Part shown: positions 27,862 through 37,177 of the stretch, in pieces | How the letters are laid out: every line of letters begins with the position of its first letter | Numbering within the stretch: position 1 is the stretch's first letter | DNA from: a virus | Taxonomy: Duplodnaviria > Caudoviricetes | IMG/VR virus record: IMGVR_UViG_3300015203_000010 | Coordinates: 1 to 54,037 of that record | Direction: 5' to 3' (one strand) | Length of the DNA stretch: 54,037 nt | Translations under genes and position numbers: made by a program | Notes under the pieces: model-generated | Told to the model about the DNA's origin: nothing | Databases searched by the model: none | What the model saw: the letters and a program-made list of their open reading frames with translations, nothing else

Positions 27862-28829
27862 TGACAACGGCCCGCGACATTATCAATCTCGCCATGCGTG
27901 AGGTTGGCGTGCTCGGTGTGGGCCAGTCATTGCTCGCTCAAGACGTTAACGATGGCTTTACGCTTCTACAGCGCATGTTGGCACAGTGGCAAAAGCGTCG
28001 TTGGCTTGTCCCTGCACTCATTGACATTAAAACCAACGGTAACGGACTGAAAAGTAATAAAATTGGTCCCGGTCAATATTATAATTCTCCTAGACCAAAC
28101 GCAATTAAAGCCGGGTATATGATCCAGCTAAACACTGGATCAAACCCGGTTAGCTTGCCACTAGGTCAAATATTCAGTTACGAAGATTACGCGCTACTCG
28201 CATTGAAAAATCTTTCGAGTTTGCCTGAAGGTTTTTTCTATGACGGCGCTTTTCCTTACGGCAATGTTTTTATTTGGCCGGTGCCAAGCTCGATTTACGA
28301 AATTCATTTACTTGTGCAATGCGCGATTGGTTTTGATACCGCCGTTTCAGCCGGTACAATTTTAACGGTTGGTGTGGGCTACACCGATGGTGTCTATCCG
28401 GTAGTTCCCTTGACAGGTGGCACAGGTACGGCGGCTACAGCCGATATTACTGTTGCCGGTGGTGTGGTGACAGTCGTTACGCCAAATGATTCAGGCAACG
28501 GATACGTTATTAACGATACGTTGTCTGCCGATGCTTCGACTATCGGCGGCACAGGTGCGGGCTTTACTTATCAAGTGACCGGATTAGTCGGCAGTCTTGA
28601 TAGCGAATTTGATATGCCGCCTGAATATGAGGAAGCAATTCATTATAATTTAGCGATGCGCTTAGGCACTATGTATCAAATGCCGCTTGAGCGTTCACAA
28701 ATTACTTTGGCGAAGATTGCGCTTAACACGATTCGTGTCAGCAATACCCAAATCCCGTCGCTTTCGATGCCAAGAGGATTGCGACAAGGCCGTGCCTTCA
28801 ACCTATATAATGCGGATGGTAGTAGCTAG
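27861..28829 (+). CDS. head-tail adaptor (P22 gp4-like) with inserted Gly-rich beta domain
   Basis: MTTARDII..AM..VGVLG.G and PPEYEEAIHYNLA motifs; insertion at about 28345-28580. Confidence 0.8.
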   Translation: MTTARDIINLAMREVGVLGVGQSLLAQDVNDGFTLLQRMLAQWQKRRWLVPALIDIKTNGNGLKSNKIGPGQYYNSPRPNAIKAGYMIQLNTGSNPVSLPLGQIFSYEDYALLALKNLSSLPEGFFYDGAFPYGNVFIWPVPSSIYEIHLLVQCAIGFDTAVSAGTILTVGVGYTDGVYPVVPLTGGTGTAATADITVAGGVVTVVTPNDSGNGYVINDTLSADASTIGGTGAGFTYQVTGLVGSLDSEFDMPPEYEEAIHYNLAMRLGTMYQMPLERSQITLAKIALNTIRVSNTQIPSLSMPRGLRQGRAFNLYNADGSS

Positions 28830-28889
28830 TAGCACTTGAAATACTCAAATTGTGTGTTATGTTAATTTCCTCAAACATAGGAGATTGAC

Positions 28890-29552
28890 GTGGCAAATTC
28901 GATCATGAGACTTAAGGGCGGCGGCTTAAATTTACAGGGTTTAAAATTTGGTAGATGGACTGTTGAAAAATTAGCGAAAGAAAGACGGCACGGAAACGTA
29001 TGTTGGCTTTGCACCTGCGAGTGTGGGGAGCAAAGAGAGGTGATGGCGTCAACTTTAAATACAGGTAGAAGTCGCTCATGCGGTTGTCTTTTGAGAGATA
29101 CTAATAGCGAAGTGCAGCGAACGCACGGCATGAGCCGAGTAGGAAGTAGACTTTATTCTATTTGGAAAGGTATGAAAAGTAGATGCATAAATAAAAGATC
29201 GTATACTTATAAAAGCTATGGTGGCAGAGGAATTACAGTTTGCGCTAGATGGCTAGAAGATTTTGTAAATTTTTATAATGATATGAACCCGACTTACGCG
29301 CCCGGACTCACTTTAGATAGAATTGATTTTGACAAAGGATATGAACCCTCTAATTGCCGTTGGGCTACAAGAGCAGAGCAATCCAAAAATAGAAAAAGTT
29401 CTGTTTTTGTGGATACGTTGGAAGGTAAAATGTATGTAGCCGAAGCCGCAAGGCGCGCAGGATTAAGTCAAGCTGGTATGATGAGCCGCGTTAGAAATAA
29501 CTTTCCAATTGAACAATTGCTATTACCGCCGCGTACTGCAAAAAGAGAATGA
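28890..29552 (+). CDS. HNH-type homing endonuclease
   Basis: WLCTCECG, SCGC, YGGRGITVC.RW, TLDRID...YEP.NCRWAT..Q..N. Confidence 0.9.
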   Translation: MANSIMRLKGGGLNLQGLKFGRWTVEKLAKERRHGNVCWLCTCECGEQREVMASTLNTGRSRSCGCLLRDTNSEVQRTHGMSRVGSRLYSIWKGMKSRCINKRSYTYKSYGGRGITVCARWLEDFVNFYNDMNPTYAPGLTLDRIDFDKGYEPSNCRWATRAEQSKNRKSSVFVDTLEGKMYVAEAARRAGLSQAGMMSRVRNNFPIEQLLLPPRTAKRE

Positions 29553-29559
29553 TTCTTAA

Positions 29560-31509
29560 ATGCGTTACCCCTTACTAGGTGCAGCCTATGCAGGCCGTAG
29601 CGTAATTGCCAGCGGTCAAGAAGCTATCAACCTTATCGCTGAGAGTAACGCGAAAGACCCGCAAGCCCCTACGCCAGTAACTTATTATCCTACCCCTGGT
29701 ACGGTTTTATACGCAGACCCTAACAACCCTCGCAATACGCGGTGCACTTATCGCACAAGCAAGGGCACAGCTTACGTTGTTGTCGGCGCTACGGTTTACT
29801 TTTTAGATAGCACACAACATTTAAGCATTGTTGGTTTCATTGCGGATAGACCTTCGCAAGTTTATATGGCCGACAATGGGAGCGCCCTTGTCATAGTTGA
29901 CGGCGCTAACGGCTACGCCGTCGATATGGCGTCGAATGATTTTGGGCAAATTGTTGATCCGGCTTTTTACGGTGCCGATTTCGTCGTCTATCTCGACACT
30001 TTCTTTATTTTTAATCGTCCTGCCACAAATCAATTTTATATTTCCGGTTCTATCGTCAACTTTGGAATGCTTACTAACAGCGCCATTGACATAGGAACAA
30101 TTGTCGGTGGTGGCACGGGTGTAAAAACTGGCGCAATAAGTGCAGCCGGTTCTTTATATGTAAATGCTGTTTATTTGGCGGTTCCCCTAACTGGTGGTAC
30201 AGGCACAGGAGCTAAAGCCGACATTACAGTTTCCGGTGGTGCCGTCACTGTAGTTACAAACATAGTCCCAGGCACAGGCTATGGAGTGGGTAATGTTCTT
30301 AGTGCCTCTAACGCAAATCTAGGCGGCGCGGGAAGCGGTTTTACTTTTACGATTGCGACTTTAGATTTATATACCAACGGTCTTTATCAGAATGTTCCGC
30401 TCACAGGTGGTTCGGGTTCTGGCGCGATTGCCTCTAGCTTTACGGTTAGTGGCGGTGTTGTCACGGCTGTAGCCATTGGCGATGGTGGCAAAAACTATTT
30501 GATTGGTGACGTTTTATCAGCGGCAAAAGCTAACATTGGCGGTACAGGTAGCGGATTCACATGGACCGCTACGGTAATGGCGACTGCCTTTGATGCGTTG
30601 GATATTGCGGCCAAGAGCGGTTCGGCAGACCCAATTGTAGGCATGACTACAACCCATCAAGAGCTTTGGCTTATTGGCGCTCTGACAACCGAAGTTTGGA
30701 TTGGTACTGGCGCGGCTGATTTCTTTTTCCAGGAACAGCAAGGAGCTTATATCGACCACGGTTGCACCGCCCAATATTCAATTGCCAATATAGATATTCT
30801 CCAATTCTGGATTTCGCAAGATAAGCAAGGTAACGGCATTATTTTGCAAGGTGCCAATTATCAGGTTAAAGAAATTTCAACGCCTCGCGTCTTAGCTTTA
30901 ATTAAAAATTATGTAACGCTTACTGATGCCATTGGTTTTTGTTTTCAAGTTTCAGACCATGCTTTTTATTGTCTAACTTTTCCAAGAGCCAATAAGACTT
31001 GGCTCTATGATTTGACAACCGAATTATGGAGTGAGTGGAATTGGAGTGACAGCGAAGGAAATCTTAATAGATCGCGCGCTAATTGCGCCATGTTTGCTTA
31101 CGGTAAAAATATTATTGGTGACTGGGAAAACGGAACGCTACTGACATTAGAGCCTGACGTATTTACCGATTTGGGCTATCCGATTGTACGCATTCGCACG
31201 TTTCCCCACATTATGAAAAACGGGGACCGTGTTTCGTATAAACAGTTTACCGCTGATGTTTCAGTAGGAAATTATAACGATCAAAACGCGGCAGAGCCTA
31301 TGATTTATCTGTCATGGTCGGATGATCGCGGGGTAACGTACGGCAATCCGGTTGCACAGTCGCTAGGCTCGCTTGGCGAGTATCTAACACAGCCGTCTTG
31401 GAATCGGCTTGGGCAGGCGCGTGATAGGGTGTTTAAATTGCAGCACTCCGCGCCGATGAATGTTGCAATAAACGGCGCTTTCATTGATACTGTTCCGGCA
31501 AAGAGCTAA
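29560..31509 (+). CDS. tail hub/nozzle, DNA stabilisation protein (P22 gp10-like)
   Basis: YPTPG, MADNG, YLDTFFIFN, LSWSDDRG.T, WNRLGQARDRVF motifs. Confidence 0.88.
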   Translation: MRYPLLGAAYAGRSVIASGQEAINLIAESNAKDPQAPTPVTYYPTPGTVLYADPNNPRNTRCTYRTSKGTAYVVVGATVYFLDSTQHLSIVGFIADRPSQVYMADNGSALVIVDGANGYAVDMASNDFGQIVDPAFYGADFVVYLDTFFIFNRPATNQFYISGSIVNFGMLTNSAIDIGTIVGGGTGVKTGAISAAGSLYVNAVYLAVPLTGGTGTGAKADITVSGGAVTVVTNIVPGTGYGVGNVLSASNANLGGAGSGFTFTIATLDLYTNGLYQNVPLTGGSGSGAIASSFTVSGGVVTAVAIGDGGKNYLIGDVLSAAKANIGGTGSGFTWTATVMATAFDALDIAAKSGSADPIVGMTTTHQELWLIGALTTEVWIGTGAADFFFQEQQGAYIDHGCTAQYSIANIDILQFWISQDKQGNGIILQGANYQVKEISTPRVLALIKNYVTLTDAIGFCFQVSDHAFYCLTFPRANKTWLYDLTTELWSEWNWSDSEGNLNRSRANCAMFAYGKNIIGDWENGTLLTLEPDVFTDLGYPIVRIRTFPHIMKNGDRVSYKQFTADVSVGNYNDQNAAEPMIYLSWSDDRGVTYGNPVAQSLGSLGEYLTQPSWNRLGQARDRVFKLQHSAPMNVAINGAFIDTVPAKS

Positions 31510-31844
31510 TGCAAAAGTTACCAAACCTAAACGCTCCGTTAGTCGATATTCAAACCGGCAAATGCGTTCCACCTTGGAATAGTTTCTTTCAGCAATTTGG
31601 TTCGCCACCTTCGGGAGTAACGAATACAATTGTAGGAGCTTCGCCTTTTGCATTTACACCTAACGTAAACGGTACAGTTATAATTTCAGGCGGTACAGTT
31701 TCTTTAATTACGTTAACTAGGGGTACAGTAGTTATAAACATCGCTACTTCTACTACCAATCCTGTAATCATTCCCATTTCAATTGCCGATACAATAACTG
31801 TTACTTGGTCTGTTAAACCAACAATTCAAGTTGTGCCGTCATGA
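31509..31844 (+). CDS. small tail-associated protein
   Basis: APLVD..TG....W..FF N-terminus then beta strands; coupled to gp10. Confidence 0.65.
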   Translation: MQKLPNLNAPLVDIQTGKCVPPWNSFFQQFGSPPSGVTNTIVGASPFAFTPNVNGTVIISGGTVSLITLTRGTVVINIATSTTNPVIIPISIADTITVTWSVKPTIQVVPS

Positions 31845-32284
31845 CCGATATTGCTAGTTTTGACGATGTAACAACGCGAGAAAAAGTTATTGCTTTAGAA
31901 TCTTTAATGAAGGAACAGCCGCAACTTGAGTTAAAAGTTGAACACTATTTTTCACCAGGAGTTTACGCCCGCGAGCTTCACATTCCAGCCGGAACGATAC
32001 TCACAGGTAAGATACACAAAAATGTTCAATTGAACATTTTAATAAAAGGTGATATGTCGGTATTGACTGAAAATGGTGTTAAACGGGTGCAAGCGCCTTT
32101 TACGGTTGTTTCCCCGGCTGGCACAAAACGAATTGCCTACGCTCACGAAGATTGCGTTTGGACTACAATTTTAGGGACCGATCAGACAGACCCGGAAGAA
32201 ATTGAGAAATTATTTACAGTAAATACCGAAGAAGAATATTTAGATTTTTGCAAGACAATTGATTTGATAGGTACACAGTTATGA
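31841..32284 (+). CDS. cupin-fold phage protein
   Basis: HYFSPGVYARELHIPAG..LTGKIH, SPAGTKR..YAHED.VW. Confidence 0.75.
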   Translation: MTDIASFDDVTTREKVIALESLMKEQPQLELKVEHYFSPGVYARELHIPAGTILTGKIHKNVQLNILIKGDMSVLTENGVKRVQAPFTVVSPAGTKRIAYAHEDCVWTTILGTDQTDPEEIEKLFTVNTEEEYLDFCKTIDLIGTQL

Positions 32285-33027
32285 ATCCATTTATTGAATG
32301 GACTCCTAAAGGAATATATTGTGAGGCATTTGTCGCAACCGCTATTGTGGGCGCTGGTGTAATCGGTGCTGGCGCTTCAATCTATGGAGCGAACAAAGCA
32401 GCGCAAGCGCAGAAAGATGCTGCTAATACTGCCGCTGGTACAGCGATGGCTCAATACAACACTACGCGCGGCGATCTTTCTCCCTATCGAGATATTGGTA
32501 GTGTTGCTGCTGGACAATTAACGAATCGTCTTGGCGAATTGACCGCGCCAATTACGATGGATCAGGCTACATTAGACGCTACTCCTGGTTATCAATTCAA
32601 TTTAAAATATGGTTTGAAAGCGGCTCAAAATTCTGCCGCTGCTAGAGGCTTGGGCGCTTCCGGTGCTGCATTAAAAGGTGCGTCTGCGTTTGCTACGGGC
32701 TTGGCCGATAGCACTTACCAAAATCAATTTAATAATGCCAACATAAATCAAACCAATGCTTACAATCGTTTGAAGGGTTTGGTTGATACTGGTGAGAATG
32801 CTTCGGCTCAGACTGGCGTATTAGGAGCGAACGCGGCTAATACAACCGCGTCTGCACAGATAGGCGCTGGTAATGCCGCTGCTGCTGGTTACAATGCGAG
32901 CGGTGCAGCCGTAAATAATTTTGCGAATAATATTGCAGGGTACGCGGCTTATAAGGGCCTGTATGGAACGACTCAAGGGCAGGGGGGTCTTACTGGCGAA
33001 GCCTATGGAAGCGCGGGGATAGGTTGA
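32281..33027 (+). CDS. DNA ejection protein (P22 gp7-like)
   Basis: A/G/N/Q-rich; L.PYR..G, TPGYQF, AAARG...SGAALK motifs. Confidence 0.85.
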   Translation: MNPFIEWTPKGIYCEAFVATAIVGAGVIGAGASIYGANKAAQAQKDAANTAAGTAMAQYNTTRGDLSPYRDIGSVAAGQLTNRLGELTAPITMDQATLDATPGYQFNLKYGLKAAQNSAAARGLGASGAALKGASAFATGLADSTYQNQFNNANINQTNAYNRLKGLVDTGENASAQTGVLGANAANTTASAQIGAGNAAAAGYNASGAAVNNFANNIAGYAAYKGLYGTTQGQGGLTGEAYGSAGIG

Positions 33028-33029
33028 TT

Positions 33030-34358
33030 ATGGCCGAAGTCGATACCAGTTCATATCCTAAACTTGGGGCAGTCGCGCCTCCTAATTTTCTTGATACTGC
33101 CGGTAAGTATCAGCAGCTTCAAAGCAATCAAATTGGTATAGATCAACAGAAGTTGAAATTATATAACGATCACTTTCAGATAATGAACAATGAACTTGGT
33201 ACAATGGCTGCAATGCCGGGAATTACCAAAGACGTTGTTTTAGAACGTATGCACAGAATCGGTGACACGTTTAATATGCCGCCTGCTGTACGGCAACAAA
33301 TGGAAGCTGAATTTAAAGACGCCAATACACCGCAGCAAGTTCAAGATAAACTGAATTTTGTTCAACGTCGCGGTTGGGACGCCAATCAACGTATTAACGC
33401 AACGTATGCCGCTCCTGGAATTACCCCCGCGCAAATGAATCAAGCTACACAAGTTCCTAATGCGGTTACAGGTAGGACAGACACCGTTCCGTTTCAAAAA
33501 TTTATCGCTGACACTGGCGGCAACCCAAATCAAATGCCGGGTGCGACTCCATTACCTTCTAATAAGTTGCCTGTGCAGCAGCCTATGCAAAGTGGTGGCG
33601 GTGCTCCCGGTACACCTAATTTACCTGTGCAACAACCTGCTATGGCGCAGCCGTCAGGTGGTCGCACCGCCATTCAAGGGCAGTCGCCTTCCCTTGATTC
33701 CGCTGTTACTCAATTAGCTACTGATAGAAAATCTGCCGCTGATTTAAATGCTGGCAATGTCCCGCTTATGGACGTTATTCGTCTCGCTAGTAAAATGCAG
33801 GCTAATACGGGTAAAGGCACGCCTACATTAAATGAAGTGCGAGCGTTTATGTATAACGCAGGATGGCTTAAAGACAGTCAAGCTGACGCCACTACAGTTT
33901 ATCAGGAACTAAATAAAAAGCTTAAACAGGTTGCCGGTAATCAACCGGGAGCTAATCGTTCCGATTTGGCCGCGCAAGACGTATCGGAAGCAAACCCCAA
34001 CGCCAAAACGCAAATCCTTCCCGCTTTGCTTAATGTGGCAAAAGATAATCTTGCTCAGAATAGAATGGCTATCGCAAAAACAACTTCGTTTGATGCTAAG
34101 GGATCAAATACAAATCCTAACGATTACCCCACACATGCCGCCAATTTTACAACGTCGCAAGAGCGAGACGCTTATAAATTTGATACGTTGCCGAAGGATC
34201 AACAAACCAAGCTTCTCAAAGATAAATTGGATGCCGCTAAAATCACTATCGTTAACGGTGAACCTGTAATGGGCCAAGGCGGTGACAAAAACGCAATCAA
34301 ATTTATTAAATCTCTTGCTCTCGCTCGTAAACAAAAACTTCTAAATTATTCTGAATAA
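33030..34358 (+). CDS. DNA ejection protein (gp20-like position)
   Basis: Q/P-rich, lies between gp7-like and gp16-like genes. Confidence 0.6.
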   Translation: MAEVDTSSYPKLGAVAPPNFLDTAGKYQQLQSNQIGIDQQKLKLYNDHFQIMNNELGTMAAMPGITKDVVLERMHRIGDTFNMPPAVRQQMEAEFKDANTPQQVQDKLNFVQRRGWDANQRINATYAAPGITPAQMNQATQVPNAVTGRTDTVPFQKFIADTGGNPNQMPGATPLPSNKLPVQQPMQSGGGAPGTPNLPVQQPAMAQPSGGRTAIQGQSPSLDSAVTQLATDRKSAADLNAGNVPLMDVIRLASKMQANTGKGTPTLNEVRAFMYNAGWLKDSQADATTVYQELNKKLKQVAGNQPGANRSDLAAQDVSEANPNAKTQILPALLNVAKDNLAQNRMAIAKTTSFDAKGSNTNPNDYPTHAANFTTSQERDAYKFDTLPKDQQTKLLKDKLDAAKITIVNGEPVMGQGGDKNAIKFIKSLALARKQKLLNYSE

Positions 34359-34368
34359 GGAAATCAAA

Positions 34369-34572
34369 ATGATGGTTAGTGGATCAATACTTCAATTAAG
34401 AGCGGCTTTTGAAGATGCTGACATTGTAAAAGAGGAAGATGGGCCTCTTACAATAGGACTAAGTGAATCTCAATACGCTCGGCTACAAGTAGTGCTAGCT
34501 GGATTGGTAGAAAATATTGATGAAAATACTTGTAGCGGGCTGATGACTATTTTTAAGAAGATTAAGGAGTGA
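34369..34572 (+). CDS. hypothetical protein inserted in ejection operon
   Basis: AATAAGGA RBS, 67 aa. Confidence 0.55.
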   Translation: MMVSGSILQLRAAFEDADIVKEEDGPLTIGLSESQYARLQVVLAGLVENIDENTCSGLMTIFKKIKE

Positions 34573-34713
34573 TTGTGCGCATAATCTATTGGAAGTGGGA
34601 TGGATGGGAAATTGTAAGAACCAAAACGGCCAACCCGTACATGATCGTTAATCTGCCGTGTAACGCTTGTGTGTGGTTAGTGCCTAACAACTAAGGAATA
34701 GAGCAGGAATAAT

Positions 34714-37056
34714 ATGGACGGCCTTTCGCCACAAGATAGGGATATGCTCGTTAGGACCGTTATCGGTGAGGCCGATAGTGAGCCTGATGTAGGTAAGGCT
34801 GCCGTTGCAAATGTTGTTTTGAATCGTCTAAACGCAGGCGGCTACGGTAAAACCATTCCTGACGTTTTGTTAGCGCCTAAACAATTCGAGCCGTGGTCTA
34901 ATCCCGATAAGATGATGCGTTATTCGGCGGATAGCCCTTCGTATAAAAAAGCCGCAAGTATCGTTGATAATGTTTTAGCTGGTAGTGTTGATGATCCTAC
35001 AGGCGGTGCTACTCATTTCGCTAATGTCGATACGGTCAAAGCACGCGGCAATAATTCCGCAATGAAGTGGATTAACGGAATGTCTAATGTGAGTCAGATC
35101 GGCTCGCATACTTTTGGCAACGCCGATGCAGGTAGAACTAAGATGGCTAAAAACGATTTGGACGGCGTTGACATTAAAGGTTTGCTTGAAGATTACGGCA
35201 GTAAATCAGACTCGTCTAAAGAGCCTTACTACACGCCAGCGCAAAATGGGCAACCGGCTAAACTTGTAATTGGCGCGCCTGGCAAAGACAATCCGTTAGC
35301 CGATGTTGATATAAAAGGATTGTTAGAAGATTATGGGCAAGCTCCTAAATCTGCCACTCCCGCTGTAGCTGAACAAAAGCCTTTTGATATTAATGATGCT
35401 GTATCTCAGCAACGCGGCTATGTAGGACGCGGCATTAAAGACGTTGCTGATACAGTTGGCGGCGCTATTGACCAAGGCGCGGCCTACGTCGCCAATAAAG
35501 TTTTGCCTGAAAGCATTTCGGTTCCATTCGCGCAAGGCGTTGCTGAAAGACAAGCATCACACTTGGCCGCGCGAAACGAATACGATGCTCAAAACCCGCC
35601 AGCCGAAGGGTTGATGCCTAATGCCTCACAGCTAGGGCGTGGCGTAGGCCAAATGATCGCGACGGCTCCCTTGATGCCAGCTAAGGCGTTTACGGCTATT
35701 GGCGCTGGTATGAAGTCGCTGCCAACTGTCAACGCTGTAGGTGAGCAAGTAGCGGCTCCTTTACTCAATCGACTCGGCGCGGCAACAGTTCAAGGTGGCC
35801 TTGGTGGTGGAATTTATGGGGCTGCTACATCGTCTCAGAATGACAAATCTTTAGCCGAAAATGTTGGTGAAAACGCGCTTGGTGGCGCGATTGCCGGTCC
35901 TGTTATTGCCGGTGCGGCTTCCGCTGCACGCGGCTTGGGCGGCAAGATTGTGGGTAACATTAATTCTAATCGTGCGTCGTTAGCAAAACGCGCTGAAGAA
36001 TTGGGAATTGATTTAAAAGCAAGTCAAGTTTCTACAAATCCAACATTTAAAAAATACGATCAAATTAGCGGTATGCTTCCGTTTTCTGGCGCGCAAGGAG
36101 TCACGGAAAAACAAATCGGTCAGTTTAGTAGAGCCGCGTCTAAATTAGCTGGCGAGGACACGGAAAATATTACACCGCAAGTTATTCAAAATGCTAAAAA
36201 GCGTATTGGAAAAGATTACGATACTGTCGCAGCCAATACGCAAATAAAATTAGCGCCTGATTTGCAAACTAAATTAAGCAAAGCTTATGATGATGCCGAG
36301 AGGATTTTACCGCCAGATCAATTTGCAACTTTCAAAAAACAATTACAAAACATTGCTGGCAAATTTCAGAACGGAGAAATGCCGGGTGACGTTTGGCAGT
36401 CTATGCGCCGTACTACTGAGCCTATGAGCCGTCTTATAAATTCGCGCAACAATGTAGAATTGGGGCAATCTGTTAAAGCTATTCAACAAGCTATGGATGA
36501 AGCTTTCAATGCGTCTGCCCCAAAAAGTATGCAAGATTTATTGAAGCAAGCCAATCGGCAATACAAAGTTGTAAAGACACTAGAACCGTTAGTAAATGGC
36601 GATGCCGAAGGGCATGTTAGCCCGCTCAAATTAATGCAGAAAGTAAATTCGTCCCCAGGCGGCAAATTGCGTTCCGGCGAGCTTGGCGAATTGGCCGATA
36701 TTGGCCGCGCTTTCTTTCCCACGTCTGCCGATAGCGGCACGCCTTTGGGAGAAAAAATACTTGGTGGAATTACAGGTTTGATGCACAGTCCGCTATCAGG
36801 TGCAGCCGCCGTTGGTGCGGCAGTAACTCACGGCTCGCCAATTTTAGATATGGGCGCTAGTGCTGTAGGATTGGGTGTGAACCGTCTTATTCGTTCCGGT
36901 ATGAATAGCAAAGCCATTACCCGCTCTATGATTAACGCAGCGAACGGGAAAACTTACGGTGCTGTCAATAAACTTGGCGATGCTGTTACGCCTTATTCGT
37001 TTGCTCTTGCTCCACCTAGAGACGCATTGAGACTTACCGACGACCGACGCAAATAG
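34714..37056 (+). CDS. DNA ejection protein with N-terminal SleB-like cell wall hydrolase (Hydrolase_2)
   Basis: RTVIGEA..E...GKAAVANVVLNR, QFEPW, DPTGGATHF, IGSHTF; Ala/Gly-rich gp16-like body. Confidence 0.85.
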   Translation: MDGLSPQDRDMLVRTVIGEADSEPDVGKAAVANVVLNRLNAGGYGKTIPDVLLAPKQFEPWSNPDKMMRYSADSPSYKKAASIVDNVLAGSVDDPTGGATHFANVDTVKARGNNSAMKWINGMSNVSQIGSHTFGNADAGRTKMAKNDLDGVDIKGLLEDYGSKSDSSKEPYYTPAQNGQPAKLVIGAPGKDNPLADVDIKGLLEDYGQAPKSATPAVAEQKPFDINDAVSQQRGYVGRGIKDVADTVGGAIDQGAAYVANKVLPESISVPFAQGVAERQASHLAARNEYDAQNPPAEGLMPNASQLGRGVGQMIATAPLMPAKAFTAIGAGMKSLPTVNAVGEQVAAPLLNRLGAATVQGGLGGGIYGAATSSQNDKSLAENVGENALGGAIAGPVIAGAASAARGLGGKIVGNINSNRASLAKRAEELGIDLKASQVSTNPTFKKYDQISGMLPFSGAQGVTEKQIGQFSRAASKLAGEDTENITPQVIQNAKKRIGKDYDTVAANTQIKLAPDLQTKLSKAYDDAERILPPDQFATFKKQLQNIAGKFQNGEMPGDVWQSMRRTTEPMSRLINSRNNVELGQSVKAIQQAMDEAFNASAPKSMQDLLKQANRQYKVVKTLEPLVNGDAEGHVSPLKLMQKVNSSPGGKLRSGELGELADIGRAFFPTSADSGTPLGEKILGGITGLMHSPLSGAAAVGAAVTHGSPILDMGASAVGLGVNRLIRSGMNSKAITRSMINAANGKTYGAVNKLGDAVTPYSFALAPPRDALRLTDDRRK

Positions 37057-37177
37057 TATAAACTAAATTATATACAAAAGTCATCACTACCAACGCTATT
37101 AAAAGTTTCCAGTTAACTAATTCTCTAAAAGTGATTGCGGCTATTAGCCAGATTGACCAAAATATGACCAAATTCAT
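37034..37177 (-). CDS. small two-TM membrane protein (47 aa, not in ORF track)
   Basis: MNLVIFWSIWLIAAITFRELVNWKLLIALVVMTFVYNLVYTICVGRR, preceded by AATAAGGA RBS on - strand. Confidence 0.55.
   Translation of the reverse strand: MNLVIFWSIWLIAAITFRELVNWKLLIALVVMTFVYNLVYTICVGRR

Noticed and set aside
10320-29552. Group I introns or inteins hosting the three homing endonucleases
   Set aside because: Each endonuclease lies between intact genes; no split exons or intein termini seen
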